A DNA stretch of 64,000 nucleotides, from assembly GCA_031459875.1 (NCBI GenBank), contig JAVKHQ010000004.1, forward strand, positions 32,001 to 96,000, written 5' to 3'. The translations under genes were made by a program, and so were the position numbers. The notes under the pieces are model-generated. The model was not told where the DNA came from. It saw nothing but the letters and a program-made list of their open reading frames with translations, and did no database searches. Every line of letters begins with the position of its first letter. Position 1 is the stretch's first letter. Shown here one piece after another: positions 27,509 to 36,799 of the stretch. Origin of the DNA: Candidatus Fervidifonticultor sextus (lineage in GTDB: Bacteria; Sysuimicrobiota; Sysuimicrobiia; Sysuimicrobiales; Humicultoraceae).

Positions 27509-27985
27509 TCAGCGCGCCGGCACGGGACGCCGCTTCGCGGTGCGGGCCCGCCGGCCCGGCCGCGGACGCTTCTGACCGTCCTTGGCCGGGAGGGTCTCCT
27601 CCCAGGTCACGATGCTGTGGTAGAACTGGCGGTCGCCTTCCTCGAGCCCGCGCGTGACTTCGGTGATGTGCATCGAGTTCGCGCCGAACTCCTTGAGGGC
27701 GTACTCGACGGCGGCTTCGGGCCTGGCCTCGCTGCCGCAGGTGAAGATGTCGAGGGCCACGTACCCGTACTCCGGCCACGTGTGCACCGACAGGTGCGAC
27801 TCGGAGATGACGACGACACCGGAGACGCCGTTGGGAGAGAATCGGTGGAATGAGATAGACCAGACCGTGACGCCCGCGACCTCGGCCGCCCGCACCAGGA
27901 TCTGCTCGACGGTCTCGACCTTCCCGATGATCTCGGGGTTGCAGCCGGAGGCCTCCGCGATATAGTGATGCCCGACCGGTTCCAT
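27509..27985 (-). CDS. speD: S-adenosylmethionine decarboxylase proenzyme (pyruvoyl-dependent, class 1B)
   Basis: FHRFSPNGVSGVVVISESHLSVHTWPE.GY.ALD+FTCG, including the E|S autocleavage site. Confidence 0.92.
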   Translation of the reverse strand: MEPVGHHYIAEASGCNPEIIGKVETVEQILVRAAEVAGVTVWSISFHRFSPNGVSGVVVISESHLSVHTWPEYGYVALDIFTCGSEARPEAAVEYALKEFGANSMHITEVTRGLEEGDRQFYHSIVTWEETLPAKDGQKRPRPGRRARTAKRRPVPAR

Positions 27986-28026
27986 CTCCCACCTCCCCCA
28001 GGGCGCAGTTCCTCGACCGAAGTCCA

Positions 28027-28055
28027 ATACTAGAATCCCGTGGGCAACCCGTCAA
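28027..28055 (-). promoter_or_regulatory. sigma70-type promoter for speD: TTGACG-N17-TAGTAT
   Basis: Minus-strand hexamers at 28055-28050 and 28032-28027. Confidence 0.65.
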
Positions 28056-28101
28056 CGTGTTCTCCGCGACGGTCACAAACCCCTGGGATCGCGGAGTTCG
28101 C

Positions 28102-28992
28102 CTAGATCCGCATCTTGGGGTCGAGCGCGTCCCGGATGGCGTCGCCCAGCAGATTGAACCCCAGCACGGTCAGCATGATGGCCAGTCCGGGGAAGGTGAC
28201 GCTGTGCCATGCCAGTCGGATGTACTGCCGGGCGTTGCTGAGCATGGCACCCCACTCCGCCGTCGGGGGCTGGGCGCCCAGACCGAGGAACCCCAACGCC
28301 GCAGCCGAGAGGATCGCCGAGGCGACCTGCAGGGTGGACTGGACGATGATGACGGCCAGCGTGTTGGGCAGCACGTGGCGCCAGATGATCCGGCCCCCGG
28401 TGGCGCCCAGGGCACGCGCGGCATCCACGAACTCCTGGGCACGCAGGGACAGGACCTGGCCGCGCACCAGTCGGGCGTACGTGGGGATCGAGACGATACC
28501 CACCGCCACCATGACCTGGACGAGCCCGACGCCCAATATCGCCACCAGCACGATGGCCAGCAGGATGCCCGGGAAGGCCAGCATGATGTCGATCAGCCGC
28601 TGCACCAGCAGGTCCACCCGACCGCCGACGTACCCGGAGACGGCCCCAATCGGGACGCCGAAGCCCACGCCGATGGAAACGGCGATGACCCCGATGATCA
28701 GCGAGAGACGCGCCCCGTAGATGATCCGGCTGAGCAGGTCGCGGCCGAGTTCGTCCTGGCCCAGCCAGTGGGCGCGGCTGGGTCTCTTCAGGCCGCCTTC
28801 CAGATCGATCTCGTAGGGATCGTAGGGGGCCAGCACGGGCGCGAACAGCCCGGCACCCAGAAACGCCATCAGGATCGCCAGGCCGATCAACCCGGCGCGG
28901 TTGCGCCGGAACTGGGCCCAGACCACGCGGAACCGGCTGCGCCCGGGCCGCAGGATCGTCTCGGCCCGCACTGCCGGCGTCGCCGTCACCAT
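28102..28992 (-). CDS. Peptide/nickel ABC transporter permease (DppC/GsiD-like)
   Basis: HWLGQDELGRDLLSRIIYGAR, LAFPGILLAI, EFVDAARALGA, FLGLGAQPPTAEWG, GDAIRDALDP. Confidence 0.93.
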   Translation of the reverse strand: MVTATPAVRAETILRPGRSRFRVVWAQFRRNRAGLIGLAILMAFLGAGLFAPVLAPYDPYEIDLEGGLKRPSRAHWLGQDELGRDLLSRIIYGARLSLIIGVIAVSIGVGFGVPIGAVSGYVGGRVDLLVQRLIDIMLAFPGILLAIVLVAILGVGLVQVMVAVGIVSIPTYARLVRGQVLSLRAQEFVDAARALGATGGRIIWRHVLPNTLAVIIVQSTLQVASAILSAAALGFLGLGAQPPTAEWGAMLSNARQYIRLAWHSVTFPGLAIMLTVLGFNLLGDAIRDALDPKMRI

Positions 28993-29028
28993 GCCGGCTC
29001 CTCCGGGCGGGCTGATGCCGACGGCGCG

Positions 29029-29949
29029 TCACTCATAGTGAATCCGCGGGTCCACCGCGGCGTACAGGACGTCGACGGCGAGGTTGACCAGCACGAATGC
29101 CAGCGCGACGACCAGGACCGCGGCCTGCACGATGGGGTAGTCGCGGGCCAGGATCCCCTCCACGAGCAGCCGGCCGATCCCCGGCCAGGCGAACACGCTC
29201 TCGGTCAGCACCGCGCCCGACAGCAGTGTCCCCATCTGCAGCCCCACCACCGTGATGACCGGGATGAGGGCGTTGCGGAGGGCGTGCCGGTTGACGACCA
29301 CGTGCTCCGCCAGGCCTTTGGCGCGGGCGGTCCGGATGTAGTCGGACCGCAGGACCTCCAGCATGCTGGATCGGGTCATCCGCGCGATGATGGCCGCGGT
29401 CGCCATCCCCACCGTGATGGCGGGCAGGACCAGGTGAGCCAGCGTCTCGGTCCCGACGGCCGGCAGCCACCCCAGGCGGACGGCAAAGATGAGGATCAGC
29501 ATCAGCCCGGACCAGAAGACCGGCATCGAGAGTCCCACAAGGGCGACCAGCATGACCGCCGAGTCGACGACCGAGTAGGGACGGATGGCCGAGACGACCC
29601 CGGCAGTCACGCCGACGCTGACAGCGACGACCAGTCCGGCGATCGTCAGACGCACGGTGTTGGGAATGCGGGCCCACAGTTCCTCCGACACCGGCGCCTT
29701 CGAGCGGATCGAACGGCCCAGGTCGCCCCGCAGCAGACTAGCCATGAAGGTCCCAAACTGCTCCAGCAGCGGCCGGTCGAGCCCCAGGTCTTTGCGGATC
29801 GCCTCCACGAACTCCTTGGTGGCCGTCTCCCCCGCAATGATCTGGGCCGGATCACCCGGGACGATCCGCACCATCGCGAAGACCACGAAGGCCACGCCGA
29901 AGATGACGGGGACGGTCAGCAACAGCCGCTTGGCGATGTAGGCCCACAT
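29029..29949 (-). CDS. Peptide/nickel ABC transporter permease (DppB/GsiC-like)
   Basis: PGDPA, GLDRP, GDLGRS, SMPVFW, DYIRTARAKG, HALRNA, TESVFAWPG, DPRI. Confidence 0.93.
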   Translation of the reverse strand: MWAYIAKRLLLTVPVIFGVAFVVFAMVRIVPGDPAQIIAGETATKEFVEAIRKDLGLDRPLLEQFGTFMASLLRGDLGRSIRSKAPVSEELWARIPNTVRLTIAGLVVAVSVGVTAGVVSAIRPYSVVDSAVMLVALVGLSMPVFWSGLMLILIFAVRLGWLPAVGTETLAHLVLPAITVGMATAAIIARMTRSSMLEVLRSDYIRTARAKGLAEHVVVNRHALRNALIPVITVVGLQMGTLLSGAVLTESVFAWPGIGRLLVEGILARDYPIVQAAVLVVALAFVLVNLAVDVLYAAVDPRIHYE

Positions 29950-29964
29950 GGTCCGCAGGCGAGA

Positions 29965-29995
29965 GGGGGAGAGGGACCGGAGCCCCTCTCCCCCC
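29965..29995 (-). other. Intercistronic stem-loop after the substrate-binding protein gene
   Basis: GGGGGAGAGGG...CCCTCTCCCCC between the SBP and permease genes. Confidence 0.6.
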
Positions 29996-30019
29996 GGACG
30001 TCCTAGACGCCCACCGGCC

Positions 30020-31582
30020 CTAGCGCCGCAGCCAGGCCTTGTGCGCCATCACCCGCTCCGCCGGATGCACCACCACGTCGGCCACGACGTTGCGGACGCC
30101 GGTCACCTGGGACTCGCTGTGCAGGAACAGCCAGGCGGCGTCGTCCATGATGAGCCGCATGGCCTCCGCGTAGATCCGGTTGCGCTCGGCTTGGTCCACC
30201 GTGATGCGGCCGCGGTCGAGGAGGGCATCCACCTGCGGGTTCTGGTAGAAGCCGCGGTTGAAGCCCACAGGCGGGAACTGCGATGAGTGGAACAGGGCGT
30301 AGAGACCGTAGTCCGCATCGCCGGTCACGGTCCCCCACCCCAGCATGTACATCTGGATGTCGTTCTGCTCCTTCGGCCGGGCGGTCAGCGCGATGTAGGC
30401 TCCGAACTCCAGGGTCCGAAGTTCCAGTTCGATGCCCACCCGTCGGGCGAGCCCCTGGATGCTGGCGGCGATCTCGGCGTCGCGGATGTACCGGCCCGTG
30501 GGATGGTGGAACACCGCCCGCAGCGGCCGCGCCCGGCTATAGCCGGCCTCGCGCAGCAGCGCTTCCGCGCGTTCCAGGTCCCAGGGGTACTGCATAATCT
30601 TGGAGTAACCCTGGACGTTGGGCGCGATGGGCGCGTCCGAGACCCGGGCCGTTCCGGCCAGGGCGGACTTGACGATCGCCTCCTTGTTGATGGCGTAGTT
30701 CAGCGCCTGCCGGAGCCGCTTGTCGGTGAACGGCGGCCGCGAGACGTTGAAGGCCGTGTAGATCGTCCGCAGGCTGGTGTCGATCCGAACGGTGAGGTCG
30801 CGGCTCCCCCGCAGCCGCTCGATCTCCCGCGGCGGCACGCGCACCGCCACGTGGAGCGAGCCCGCCTCCAGGGCCGCCAGCCGGGCCCCGTCGTCGGGGA
30901 TGACGCGGAACTGCACCTCATCGAGCAGGGCTTTCTCGCCCCAGTAGTCGTCGTTGCGGGTGACGACCACGCGGTCGCCGCGCACCCACTCCTTGAACCT
31001 GAAGGCGCCGGTGCCCACGGGCTGACGGGCATAGTCGGCGCCCAGCCGGCGGATGGCGGTCGGGCTCTGGATCCCCGTCCCGCTGTGGGTCAGGTGCGCC
31101 AGCAGCGGGGCAAACGGCGCGTCGGTCACCAGCCGCACCGTCGTGGGGTCGACCGCCGTGACCTGGGTCACCCGGCTGATCAAAAACCGCCAGGGCGCCC
31201 GGGTGGCCGGGTCGAGGATCCGGTCCAGGTTGAACTTGACGGCCTCCGCGTCGAACGCCGTCCCGTCGTGGAACCGAACGCCCGACCGCAGCCGGATCGT
31301 CCAGGTGCGGCCGTCGGGCGCCACGGTGAACGCCGTGGCCAGGCGGGGCAACACCCGTCCTTCCGGGGACAGTTCGAAGAGCGTCTCCACCATGTGCTCC
31401 ATGATGGTGGCGGTGGGCGCATCGGTGTAGAGGTGGCCGTCCAGGGTCGTGGCGTCCGTGCCGGACCCGATGATCAGGACGCCGCCTCGCTGCGGGGCAG
31501 GTCCCGCGGGGGCGGCTGCGGCCGAGTACCCCAGGGCCCCGACCAGTGCCGTCGTGATGAGCCACATCAGGAATCTGCGCAC
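30020..31582 (-). CDS. Peptide/glutathione ABC transporter substrate-binding protein (family 5)
   Basis: Signal peptide, LRSGVRFHDGT.FDAEAVKFN, PVGTGAF, N.DYWG, RQALNYAINK; GTG start with AAGGAGG. Confidence 0.92.
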   Translation of the reverse strand: MRRFLMWLITTALVGALGYSAAAAPAGPAPQRGGVLIIGSGTDATTLDGHLYTDAPTATIMEHMVETLFELSPEGRVLPRLATAFTVAPDGRTWTIRLRSGVRFHDGTAFDAEAVKFNLDRILDPATRAPWRFLISRVTQVTAVDPTTVRLVTDAPFAPLLAHLTHSGTGIQSPTAIRRLGADYARQPVGTGAFRFKEWVRGDRVVVTRNDDYWGEKALLDEVQFRVIPDDGARLAALEAGSLHVAVRVPPREIERLRGSRDLTVRIDTSLRTIYTAFNVSRPPFTDKRLRQALNYAINKEAIVKSALAGTARVSDAPIAPNVQGYSKIMQYPWDLERAEALLREAGYSRARPLRAVFHHPTGRYIRDAEIAASIQGLARRVGIELELRTLEFGAYIALTARPKEQNDIQMYMLGWGTVTGDADYGLYALFHSSQFPPVGFNRGFYQNPQVDALLDRGRITVDQAERNRIYAEAMRLIMDDAAWLFLHSESQVTGVRNVVADVVVHPAERVMAHKAWLRR

Positions 31583-31683
31583 GCGATCTGATCCCTCCTT
31601 TAGAGTCCTCTGTCCAGGATCGAGCAATCACTGATGTGCTTCCCGCTGGCTTCCTCCTCACTCTCCCTGCGGTGGGGATGGTA

Positions 31684-32199
31684 CTAAAACCACCGACGAA
31701 TGGCAACGGCCGCGCCGCCGGCTGCCAGCGTCACCATCACGCCGGCGACCACCACGCCCAGGGCCACGGCCGCCATCGCCGGCCAGCGGCGCAGCCCGAG
31801 CAACCAGGCCAGCGTGACCCCGGAGTAGGCGCCGGTGCCGGGCAGCGGGACCGCCACGAACAGGGTCAGGCCCAGCAGTTCATAGCGCTCGACCAGGCTC
31901 GCGCCCCTGGCCCGCACCCCCTCGACCAGCCGTCGCAACAGGGCGATGCGGGAGAGCCAGCGGTCGTAGAAGAGTTCCAAGGCGTAGTAGCTCGGGGCGA
32001 TGATCAGGCAGTTGGCCAGGGTGCCCAGGATCCCGGCGGCCAGAGGGTGCCAGCCCAACGCCACCGCCAGCGGGACCGAGCCCCGCAACTCGACGCCGGG
32101 GACGGCCGTGATGCCCACCACCCCCAGCGCCTGGACGGGAACGGACAGCCCCACCAGCCAGGATCTGACCTGTTCGAGGAGGGCGCCGAGGTCTGTCAC
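31684..32199 (-). CDS. Small multidrug export family membrane protein (COG2426-like)
   Basis: P.VELRGSVP and FVAVPLPGTGAYSG...A.LLG. Confidence 0.88.
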   Translation of the reverse strand: MTDLGALLEQVRSWLVGLSVPVQALGVVGITAVPGVELRGSVPLAVALGWHPLAAGILGTLANCLIIAPSYYALELFYDRWLSRIALLRRLVEGVRARGASLVERYELLGLTLFVAVPLPGTGAYSGVTLAWLLGLRRWPAMAAVALGVVVAGVMVTLAAGGAAVAIRRWF

Positions 32200-33461
32200 G
32201 CTGTGGGCCCGGACGGGACGATGTCTCGGCCGTTCGCCCGGGTGTGGCGTGGGCGGCGCCGCGCGTCGGCGGCGTAGAGGGCGGCGTCGGCCCGGGCGAT
32301 GAGGCTGTCCGCATCCGCCCCATCGGCCGGCGCGGTGGCGAGCCCGGCGTCCACGGCAAGCGCAATGCGCTCGGTGCCGACCATGAACGAGGCTTGGCCG
32401 ACGAGACCCACCAACCGATCCGCGACGGCCCGGCCCTGGGCGCGGTCCGTGCGGGGCAGGAGAATGGCGAACTCATCGCCCCCATACCGGAACACCAGGT
32501 CGCCGGGGCGCACGGCGCCGTCCAGCAGCCGCGCGAACTGCTGCAGCACCACATCGCCGGCCAGATGGCCCAGGCGGTCGTTGACCGCCTTGAAGTCCAC
32601 CAGGTCCAGCAGCACCAGGGAAAACGGCGTGGCGTCGCGGGCCTCCCGGCGGAACTCCTCTTCCAGACGGATGCGGAAGTGGCGCCGGTTGTACAGTCCG
32701 GTCAGGGGATCGGTGATGGAGAGCCGCTCGACCGCGATCAGTGCCTCCTCGAGCCGTCGGTTCGCCTCCGCCAGCCGCCGGCCGGCCGCCTGCGCGTCGT
32801 AGTTGCCCCTAAGCGCCACGCTGGCCAGCAGCCAGGAGGCGAATCCCAGCAGCGCGCCCACGCTCCCGAAGGCCTCGTAGAGGAGCGCGATGATGAAGCC
32901 CACCGGCGCCATGCTGGCGGAGAGCACCAGGGCCGAGGACACCGTCGGGACGTCGCTCAGGAGCGCCGGCGACCCGGTCTGGACCGCGCGACCCCCCAGG
33001 GTGAGGGCCGTGTTGGCCAGCGCGTAGACGACCCCGGCTAGCGCGAACGCTCCCAGCACGCCCGGCGTAAACTGCCCCACCCCCACCGGAGCGACCAGCG
33101 CCGCCAGGCCGATGCTGCCGGTCACGTTGCCGAGGTCGAACGCAGCCCGCCAGGCCGGCCTGCGCGCGCGGATCCAGAACACGACCAGGGTGAGCACGGA
33201 CAGGACCACCGGCACCGGCCATCCGAAGAGGAACAGAGCCGCCAGGGCCACCCCGCTGTGCGGATTGTAGTGAACGCCGATCGGCAGTTCAAAGATGATC
33301 ACCGCCGAGAGCACCGACATAGTCCCGAACAGCAGCCAGACCCCCCACGGGAGGGAGGGCAGGCGCTGCCACGCCGCCACCACCAGGACCGCGCCCGCGG
33401 CTCCGGCCGCGCCCGCGACCCAGCGGTACCGGCGCGGATAGGTGATCTGGGGTGAAGGCAT
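32196..33461 (-). CDS. Membrane-anchored diguanylate cyclase (GGDEF)
   Basis: Multi-TM N-terminus, coiled coil, DPLTGLYNRR, D.FK.VND..GH..GD, RPGD I-site and RYGGDEF. Confidence 0.93.
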   Translation of the reverse strand: MPSPQITYPRRYRWVAGAAGAAGAVLVVAAWQRLPSLPWGVWLLFGTMSVLSAVIIFELPIGVHYNPHSGVALAALFLFGWPVPVVLSVLTLVVFWIRARRPAWRAAFDLGNVTGSIGLAALVAPVGVGQFTPGVLGAFALAGVVYALANTALTLGGRAVQTGSPALLSDVPTVSSALVLSASMAPVGFIIALLYEAFGSVGALLGFASWLLASVALRGNYDAQAAGRRLAEANRRLEEALIAVERLSITDPLTGLYNRRHFRIRLEEEFRREARDATPFSLVLLDLVDFKAVNDRLGHLAGDVVLQQFARLLDGAVRPGDLVFRYGGDEFAILLPRTDRAQGRAVADRLVGLVGQASFMVGTERIALAVDAGLATAPADGADADSLIARADAALYAADARRRPRHTRANGRDIVPSGPTA

Positions 33462-33490
33462 CGATTCGGCCTCCGTGGCCTGCCGCCGCT

Positions 33491-34864
33491 TCAGCCACCC
33501 AACAGGTGCAGGAAGCGGATCACCGTTTCGATGCCCCGATCGAAGTGTGCCAGGGCGAACTTCTCGTTGGGCGCGTGGAGGTTGTCGTCGGGCAGACCGA
33601 AGCCCATCAGGACGGTGGGGATCCGCAGGGCCTGCGCAAATCCCGCCACGACCGGCACGCTGCCGCCGCTGCGCACATAGACCGGCGGACGACCGTAGGT
33701 GGCCTCCAGCGCCCGCGCCGCCGCCCGGACCGGAGCCGCGTCGGGGGAGACGACCACCGGCGGCGCCGAGGCCAGGTGCCGGACCTCGACGCGGACCTCA
33801 GGCGGCGCGATCCGCTGCACGAACCGGGCAAGTTGCCTGAAGATGCGCTCGGGCCGCTGGTCGGGGACCAGGCGCATGCTGACCTTGGCAACCGCCCGGG
33901 AGGGAATGACCGTCTTCATGCCTTCGCCCGTGAACCCGCCGGCGATGCCGTGCACGTCGAGGGTTGGGCGCGCCCAGCGGCGCTCCAGCACCGAGAACCC
34001 GTCCTCGCCGGGCGCGGCGTCCGCGCCCACTTCGGCCAGGTAGGCCCCTTCGTCGAAGGGCAGATGGGCCCACGCCTCGCGTTCGGCGGGCTCAGGCGGC
34101 CGGACGCGCGTGTAGAAGCCGGGAATCCGGATGCGCCCGCGCCGATCCTTGAGGCCGGCCACGATCTGCGCCGCGGCGCCGACCGCATTGGGCGCGGCAC
34201 CCCCGTAGAGGCCGGAATGGAGATCGCCCCGGGCCCCGGCGACGTGGATCTCGGTGTAGAGCAGGCCGCGCAGCCCGGTGACCAGCGTCGGGAGATCCGG
34301 GGCGAACAGGGCGCCGTCGCTCACCAGCGCCGCATCGGCCGCCAGGGGCCGGCGGTGGCGCGGCAGGTAGGTGGCCAGCGTGGGACTCCCGATCTCCTCT
34401 TCGCCTTCGAGCAGGAACTTGACGTTGACCGGCAGCCTGCCGGCGGTCGCGAGGATGGCCTCGACGGCCTTGAGGTGGATCATCAGCTGCCCCTTGTCGT
34501 CGGAGGCCCCGCGGGCGTAGAGGACGTCATCTGCGATGACGGGCTCGAATGGCGGATGGGTCCACAGCTCCAGCGGGTCGGGCGGCTGGACGTCGAAGTG
34601 GCCGTAGCACAACAGCGTGGGCGCCCCCGGGGCGTCCAGCCAGTCCGCACGGACGATGGGATGGCGATCGGTGGGTTCGACGCGGGCGGCAAACCCGAGC
34701 CCCCTCAGGTGTCCGGCCAGCCAGTCCGCGGCACGGGCCACGTCGCGGGCGTGTTCCGGCGCGGTGCTGATGCTGGGGATCCGGAGCAGGTCGATGAGTT
34801 CGGTACGGAAGCGCTGGCGGTGCTGGCGCGCGTAGGCGATGGCCTGGTCCATGATGGTAGGCAT
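33491..34864 (-). CDS. M20 family dipeptidase
   Basis: LLRIPSIS, YGHFDVQP, ARGASDDKGQ, EGEEEIGS, DLHSG.YGG, GGSVP, HAPNEKF. Confidence 0.93.
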   Translation of the reverse strand: MPTIMDQAIAYARQHRQRFRTELIDLLRIPSISTAPEHARDVARAADWLAGHLRGLGFAARVEPTDRHPIVRADWLDAPGAPTLLCYGHFDVQPPDPLELWTHPPFEPVIADDVLYARGASDDKGQLMIHLKAVEAILATAGRLPVNVKFLLEGEEEIGSPTLATYLPRHRRPLAADAALVSDGALFAPDLPTLVTGLRGLLYTEIHVAGARGDLHSGLYGGAAPNAVGAAAQIVAGLKDRRGRIRIPGFYTRVRPPEPAEREAWAHLPFDEGAYLAEVGADAAPGEDGFSVLERRWARPTLDVHGIAGGFTGEGMKTVIPSRAVAKVSMRLVPDQRPERIFRQLARFVQRIAPPEVRVEVRHLASAPPVVVSPDAAPVRAAARALEATYGRPPVYVRSGGSVPVVAGFAQALRIPTVLMGFGLPDDNLHAPNEKFALAHFDRGIETVIRFLHLLGG

Positions 34865-34930
34865 TCGACGTGTCTCGAACCGTCCCTGGGGCACCATGGT
34901 TGTCCGCCGCCCGGCCGCGGCGGCGCCTGG

Positions 34931-35503
34931 CTAGGGCCCGCGCCGCAGCCGGACGCGCAGCCGGACCGTCACGGGGTCCTCGGCCACGAAGATCAGAAAG
35001 CGCGGGATGGGGATGCCGTACTCGGTGAGGCGGATCGTCACCTCGCCGGTGGCGCGGTATTCGTCGGCCAGCGCCGTCACGGCCAGCGGGATCTCGACCT
35101 CCCGGGTCGTCTCGCGGATCGTCAGCCGGCCCCGCAGGAGGGTGCGCATCGTCGTCGCAGTGGGACGCACGCGACTTGCGATCTCACCGCGGAACACGAT
35201 GAAGGGGTACCGGTCGGTCTGCAGGAAGTCGCGACGCATCTGCGCATCGCGCAGCCCGATGCCGGTGGTCAGTGTGCGGGCATCAACCCGGCCTTCGACG
35301 ACCGCGCCGTAGCTCTCGGAGTCGCCCGGGACGACGGTCACGGTCCCCTCGACGCGATCCGTCGACCCGGTGAAGCCGCCGCGGTTGTCCCGCATCACGA
35401 ACTCGACCCGGCTCTCCCCGGGCTCGATGCGGAACGTGCCCACCGGGAGCAGCGCCGGGGCCTGGACGATGAGGACGGCGGCGACGAGCCAGCGGACGAC
35501 CAC
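34931..35503 (-). CDS. YceI family lipid/polyisoprenoid-binding protein
   Basis: Signal peptide, S.V.F, LTTGIGLRD..M...FL....YP.I.F, G.LTI..TTRE, TEYGI..P; GGGAGG RBS with GTG. Confidence 0.88.
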   Translation of the reverse strand: MVVRWLVAAVLIVQAPALLPVGTFRIEPGESRVEFVMRDNRGGFTGSTDRVEGTVTVVPGDSESYGAVVEGRVDARTLTTGIGLRDAQMRRDFLQTDRYPFIVFRGEIASRVRPTATTMRTLLRGRLTIRETTREVEIPLAVTALADEYRATGEVTIRLTEYGIPIPRFLIFVAEDPVTVRLRVRLRRGP

Positions 35504-35659
35504 GACCGACCTCCCCCCGACGGTCTCCGTCTCAACCAACGCCGGCAGCCCCACAGAAGTTCTGGCCCGCGCTCCCGCGTCCTGCAGGGGAGGCGGCGGG
35601 CACACCGTCGAAATCACCAGGCAGCCCCTGCTGCGAAAGAACCCGCAGGAGGCTCGCCG

Positions 35660-36526
35660 ATCGACGTCCGCGTCCTGATCAGTCACCTGGCCGAGTCCGG
35701 CGCGCGCCGCACGGCCGCGCGCTGGCTGGCGGCGGTGTGCGCCGCGGGCTTCGCGGTCACGCTGGCCACGATGGCCACCTTCGGCTACGGGCTCGACCGC
35801 TGGGTGTTCGCGCTGCTGGTCTGGGCCGCCCTGGTCTTCCTCCCGCTGCGGATCCTGCTCGATGCGTCGGAGACGCCCGCCGCCAGGATGCGGCGCGCGC
35901 TGGCCGGCAGGATCGCGAACGATCCCGGGCGCTACGATCGCCCGGGTTACCTGCCCGTCATCGTGGAGGAGCTGGCCGCCCGCAGGGTGGCCATGCCCCG
36001 GATCTGCCATCCCCTGCACGGCCGGCAGGCGACCGCCGCCGCCGTCGCCCTCGTCACCCGCGCGTGGACGCGGCCGGATGCCGCGAGCGCATTGCGCCAG
36101 GCCATCGCGACCCTGGTGTCGGCCGTCTGGCACGACGCGACCTCTCTCAGCGCTGCCGCCACCGGGGCGTCGGCGGAAAACATCCAGGCCCGCTGGGGGG
36201 CGGCCCGCGCCCTGGGCGGGATGTCGGCGCTGACCACGATCCTCGCGGCGGTCTATGCGGACCGCTGGGGGCGCGACCCCGTCATCCGGGAACTGGAGGG
36301 GAGGACGCTCGACGGGTTCCTGGCGGCGGCCTCCGATTACTGCGACGAAGCCGCCCTGCAGGTGGACGCGCTCCCCTGGACCGAGCCCCCGGTGGCGTCC
36401 TCCGTCCCTGAGGCGACCGTCAACGAGGTCCGGGGCGCCTGGCAGGCGTTCCTGGCCGCCGGTCTGCCGGCGCCGCGGGCCCTGGACGCCTTCGTCCGCG
36501 CCGTGCTGCCGGCGGAGGGGCCGTAG
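35660..36526 (+). CDS. Hypothetical membrane protein (two N-terminal TMs and a helical C-domain); probable ATC start
   Basis: Strong GC3 coding bias; hydrophobic WLAAVCAAGFAVTLATMATFG and WVFALLVWAALVFLPL segments; AGGAGG-7nt-ATC. Confidence 0.7.
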   Translation: MDVRVLISHLAESGARRTAARWLAAVCAAGFAVTLATMATFGYGLDRWVFALLVWAALVFLPLRILLDASETPAARMRRALAGRIANDPGRYDRPGYLPVIVEELAARRVAMPRICHPLHGRQATAAAVALVTRAWTRPDAASALRQAIATLVSAVWHDATSLSAAATGASAENIQARWGAARALGGMSALTTILAAVYADRWGRDPVIRELEGRTLDGFLAAASDYCDEAALQVDALPWTEPPVASSVPEATVNEVRGAWQAFLAAGLPAPRALDAFVRAVLPAEGP

Positions 36527-36620
36527 GCTGCCTGCGGCGATGCCTCCGGCCCGGGCTTCACGGGCGCTCGCCCGGGCTCACAGGCCCGGCCACCGTGCAC
36601 TTCCCCGCGGATCCGTTGTT

Positions 36621-36634
36621 CGAACATCCGTTCG
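36621..36634. promoter_or_regulatory. Gram-positive-type LexA (SOS) box CGAAC-N4-GTTCG
   Basis: CGAACATCCGTTCG in an intergenic region. Confidence 0.55.
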
Positions 36635-36799
36635 TATATCGGAGGGCCGGTTCCCAGGTTCCGTAGTGTAGGCAGGGCGCGGGTCCCTCTCTGCGCAACT
36701 TCTCCGGGCCGGGTGTGGAGGAAGCCAATCGGATACTGGGGAACATTCCTGGCTATTGGACGTCCCTGACGATGCTGCGGCAGAGATAATCGGGCCTCA

